Below are positions 63,241-64,000 of a stretch of 64,000 bases of DNA, piece by piece. The stretch is taken from assembly GCF_036321535.1 (NCBI RefSeq), contig NC_087436.1, positions 71,612,001 through 71,676,000 on the forward strand. Direction: 5' to 3'. Below the pieces are notes generated by a model, which saw only the letters and a program-made list of their open reading frames with translations, ran no database searches and was not told the origin of the DNA. Origin of the DNA: Camelus dromedarius (lineage: Eukaryota). The first letter of the stretch is position 1. Each line of letters starts with the position of its first letter. The position numbers and the translations under genes were made by a program.

Positions 63241-64000
63241 TTCATCACACAAACCGCCGAACTGAGAACTTAGAAGCAGATGAATAGTTTATCCGTTCTC
63301 TCACTAAATTTCTTGGGAGCTGAGGCTGGGTCTTAACTTCCTGGTACCCTACTCAACACTTAGGACAATGCTCTATATAAATTAGTTGCTTATTATCTAT
63401 GTGTAAATTGAACATTGCCACAAGATAGGACTAAATACACCTATACTTATACTGACACATACATATTTTAAATGAAGTCCACCTTCTACACTCTGGCTAT
63501 TTTAATTTAAAATATAAACCTATTTCCTGAAATCATTTCACTTTAGGGAACAATCAAGATAGGATGACAATTAAAATAGTAAGTAGAATATGCTCCCTGT
63601 TTCCCCATGTCACTTGTAGGAGGAGGGCCAGGGTGGGGAGGAGGAAGTTATAGGAACAAGCAAGTATATAGGTAAGAATCCTAGCTGTGTTTGAATATTA
63701 AGTTCTGAGATATCAAATCCCTAACACCTTCCTGTCCCACTGAGTCCTGGAGGGGTCAAGGGTCATTTTTTCCTTGAATTATAGTCTCCAATCAATTCTG
63801 TAATTGCTACTGTCACTTCCATTCTTTCTTCCATCAGACTTACTTGTACCATTGCTGGCCCACTTTTTAAAACATTCTCATAGCTCACCTTTGATGAATT
63901 TCTCTTTCCATGACCCAGGCATCCATCCCCAAGTGTACAAGTATTTGACAACTAAGAAACAGATTGCTAGTTCAATTTTTATGACCCCTTCCCTGATGGA

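Noticed and set aside
1..64000. CRISPR arrays, operons or other prokaryotic/viral systems
   Set aside because: The sequence is mammalian; I saw no repeat-spacer arrays, gene-dense region or intact retroviral gag/pol/env frames.

Overview
AT-rich, repeat-dense mammalian genomic DNA, intronic or intergenic. Two Vic-1-like tRNA-derived SINEs point to a camelid (camel, alpaca or llama). I recognise no cellular protein-coding gene, rRNA, tRNA gene or CRISPR array. The only ORFs I can assign are transposon remnants (LINE-1 ORF2 C-termini, Tigger1 transposase fragments). The window holds many ancient eutherian repeats (MLT1/MLT2, MER21, MER34-like, LTR33-like, MER4-group ERV internal sequence, MER3, MER58B, near-full-length Tigger1, L2, MIR, old L1M) plus young lineage-specific L1s. 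The most notable observations are: (1) three L1 insertions whose target-site duplications (TSDs) enclose non-L1 sequence, i.e. probable 3' transductions, two of them nested; (2) a young L1 ORF2 fragment with in-frame deletions; (3) a lone CpG island inside an old ERVL-type LTR, with YY1 and GC-box motifs, next to a ~200-bp diverged direct repeat; (4) weak candidate minus-strand exons that could belong to a non-coding transcript. I found no convincing new multi-gene system. Repeat family names are from recalled consensus similarity, not a database search.
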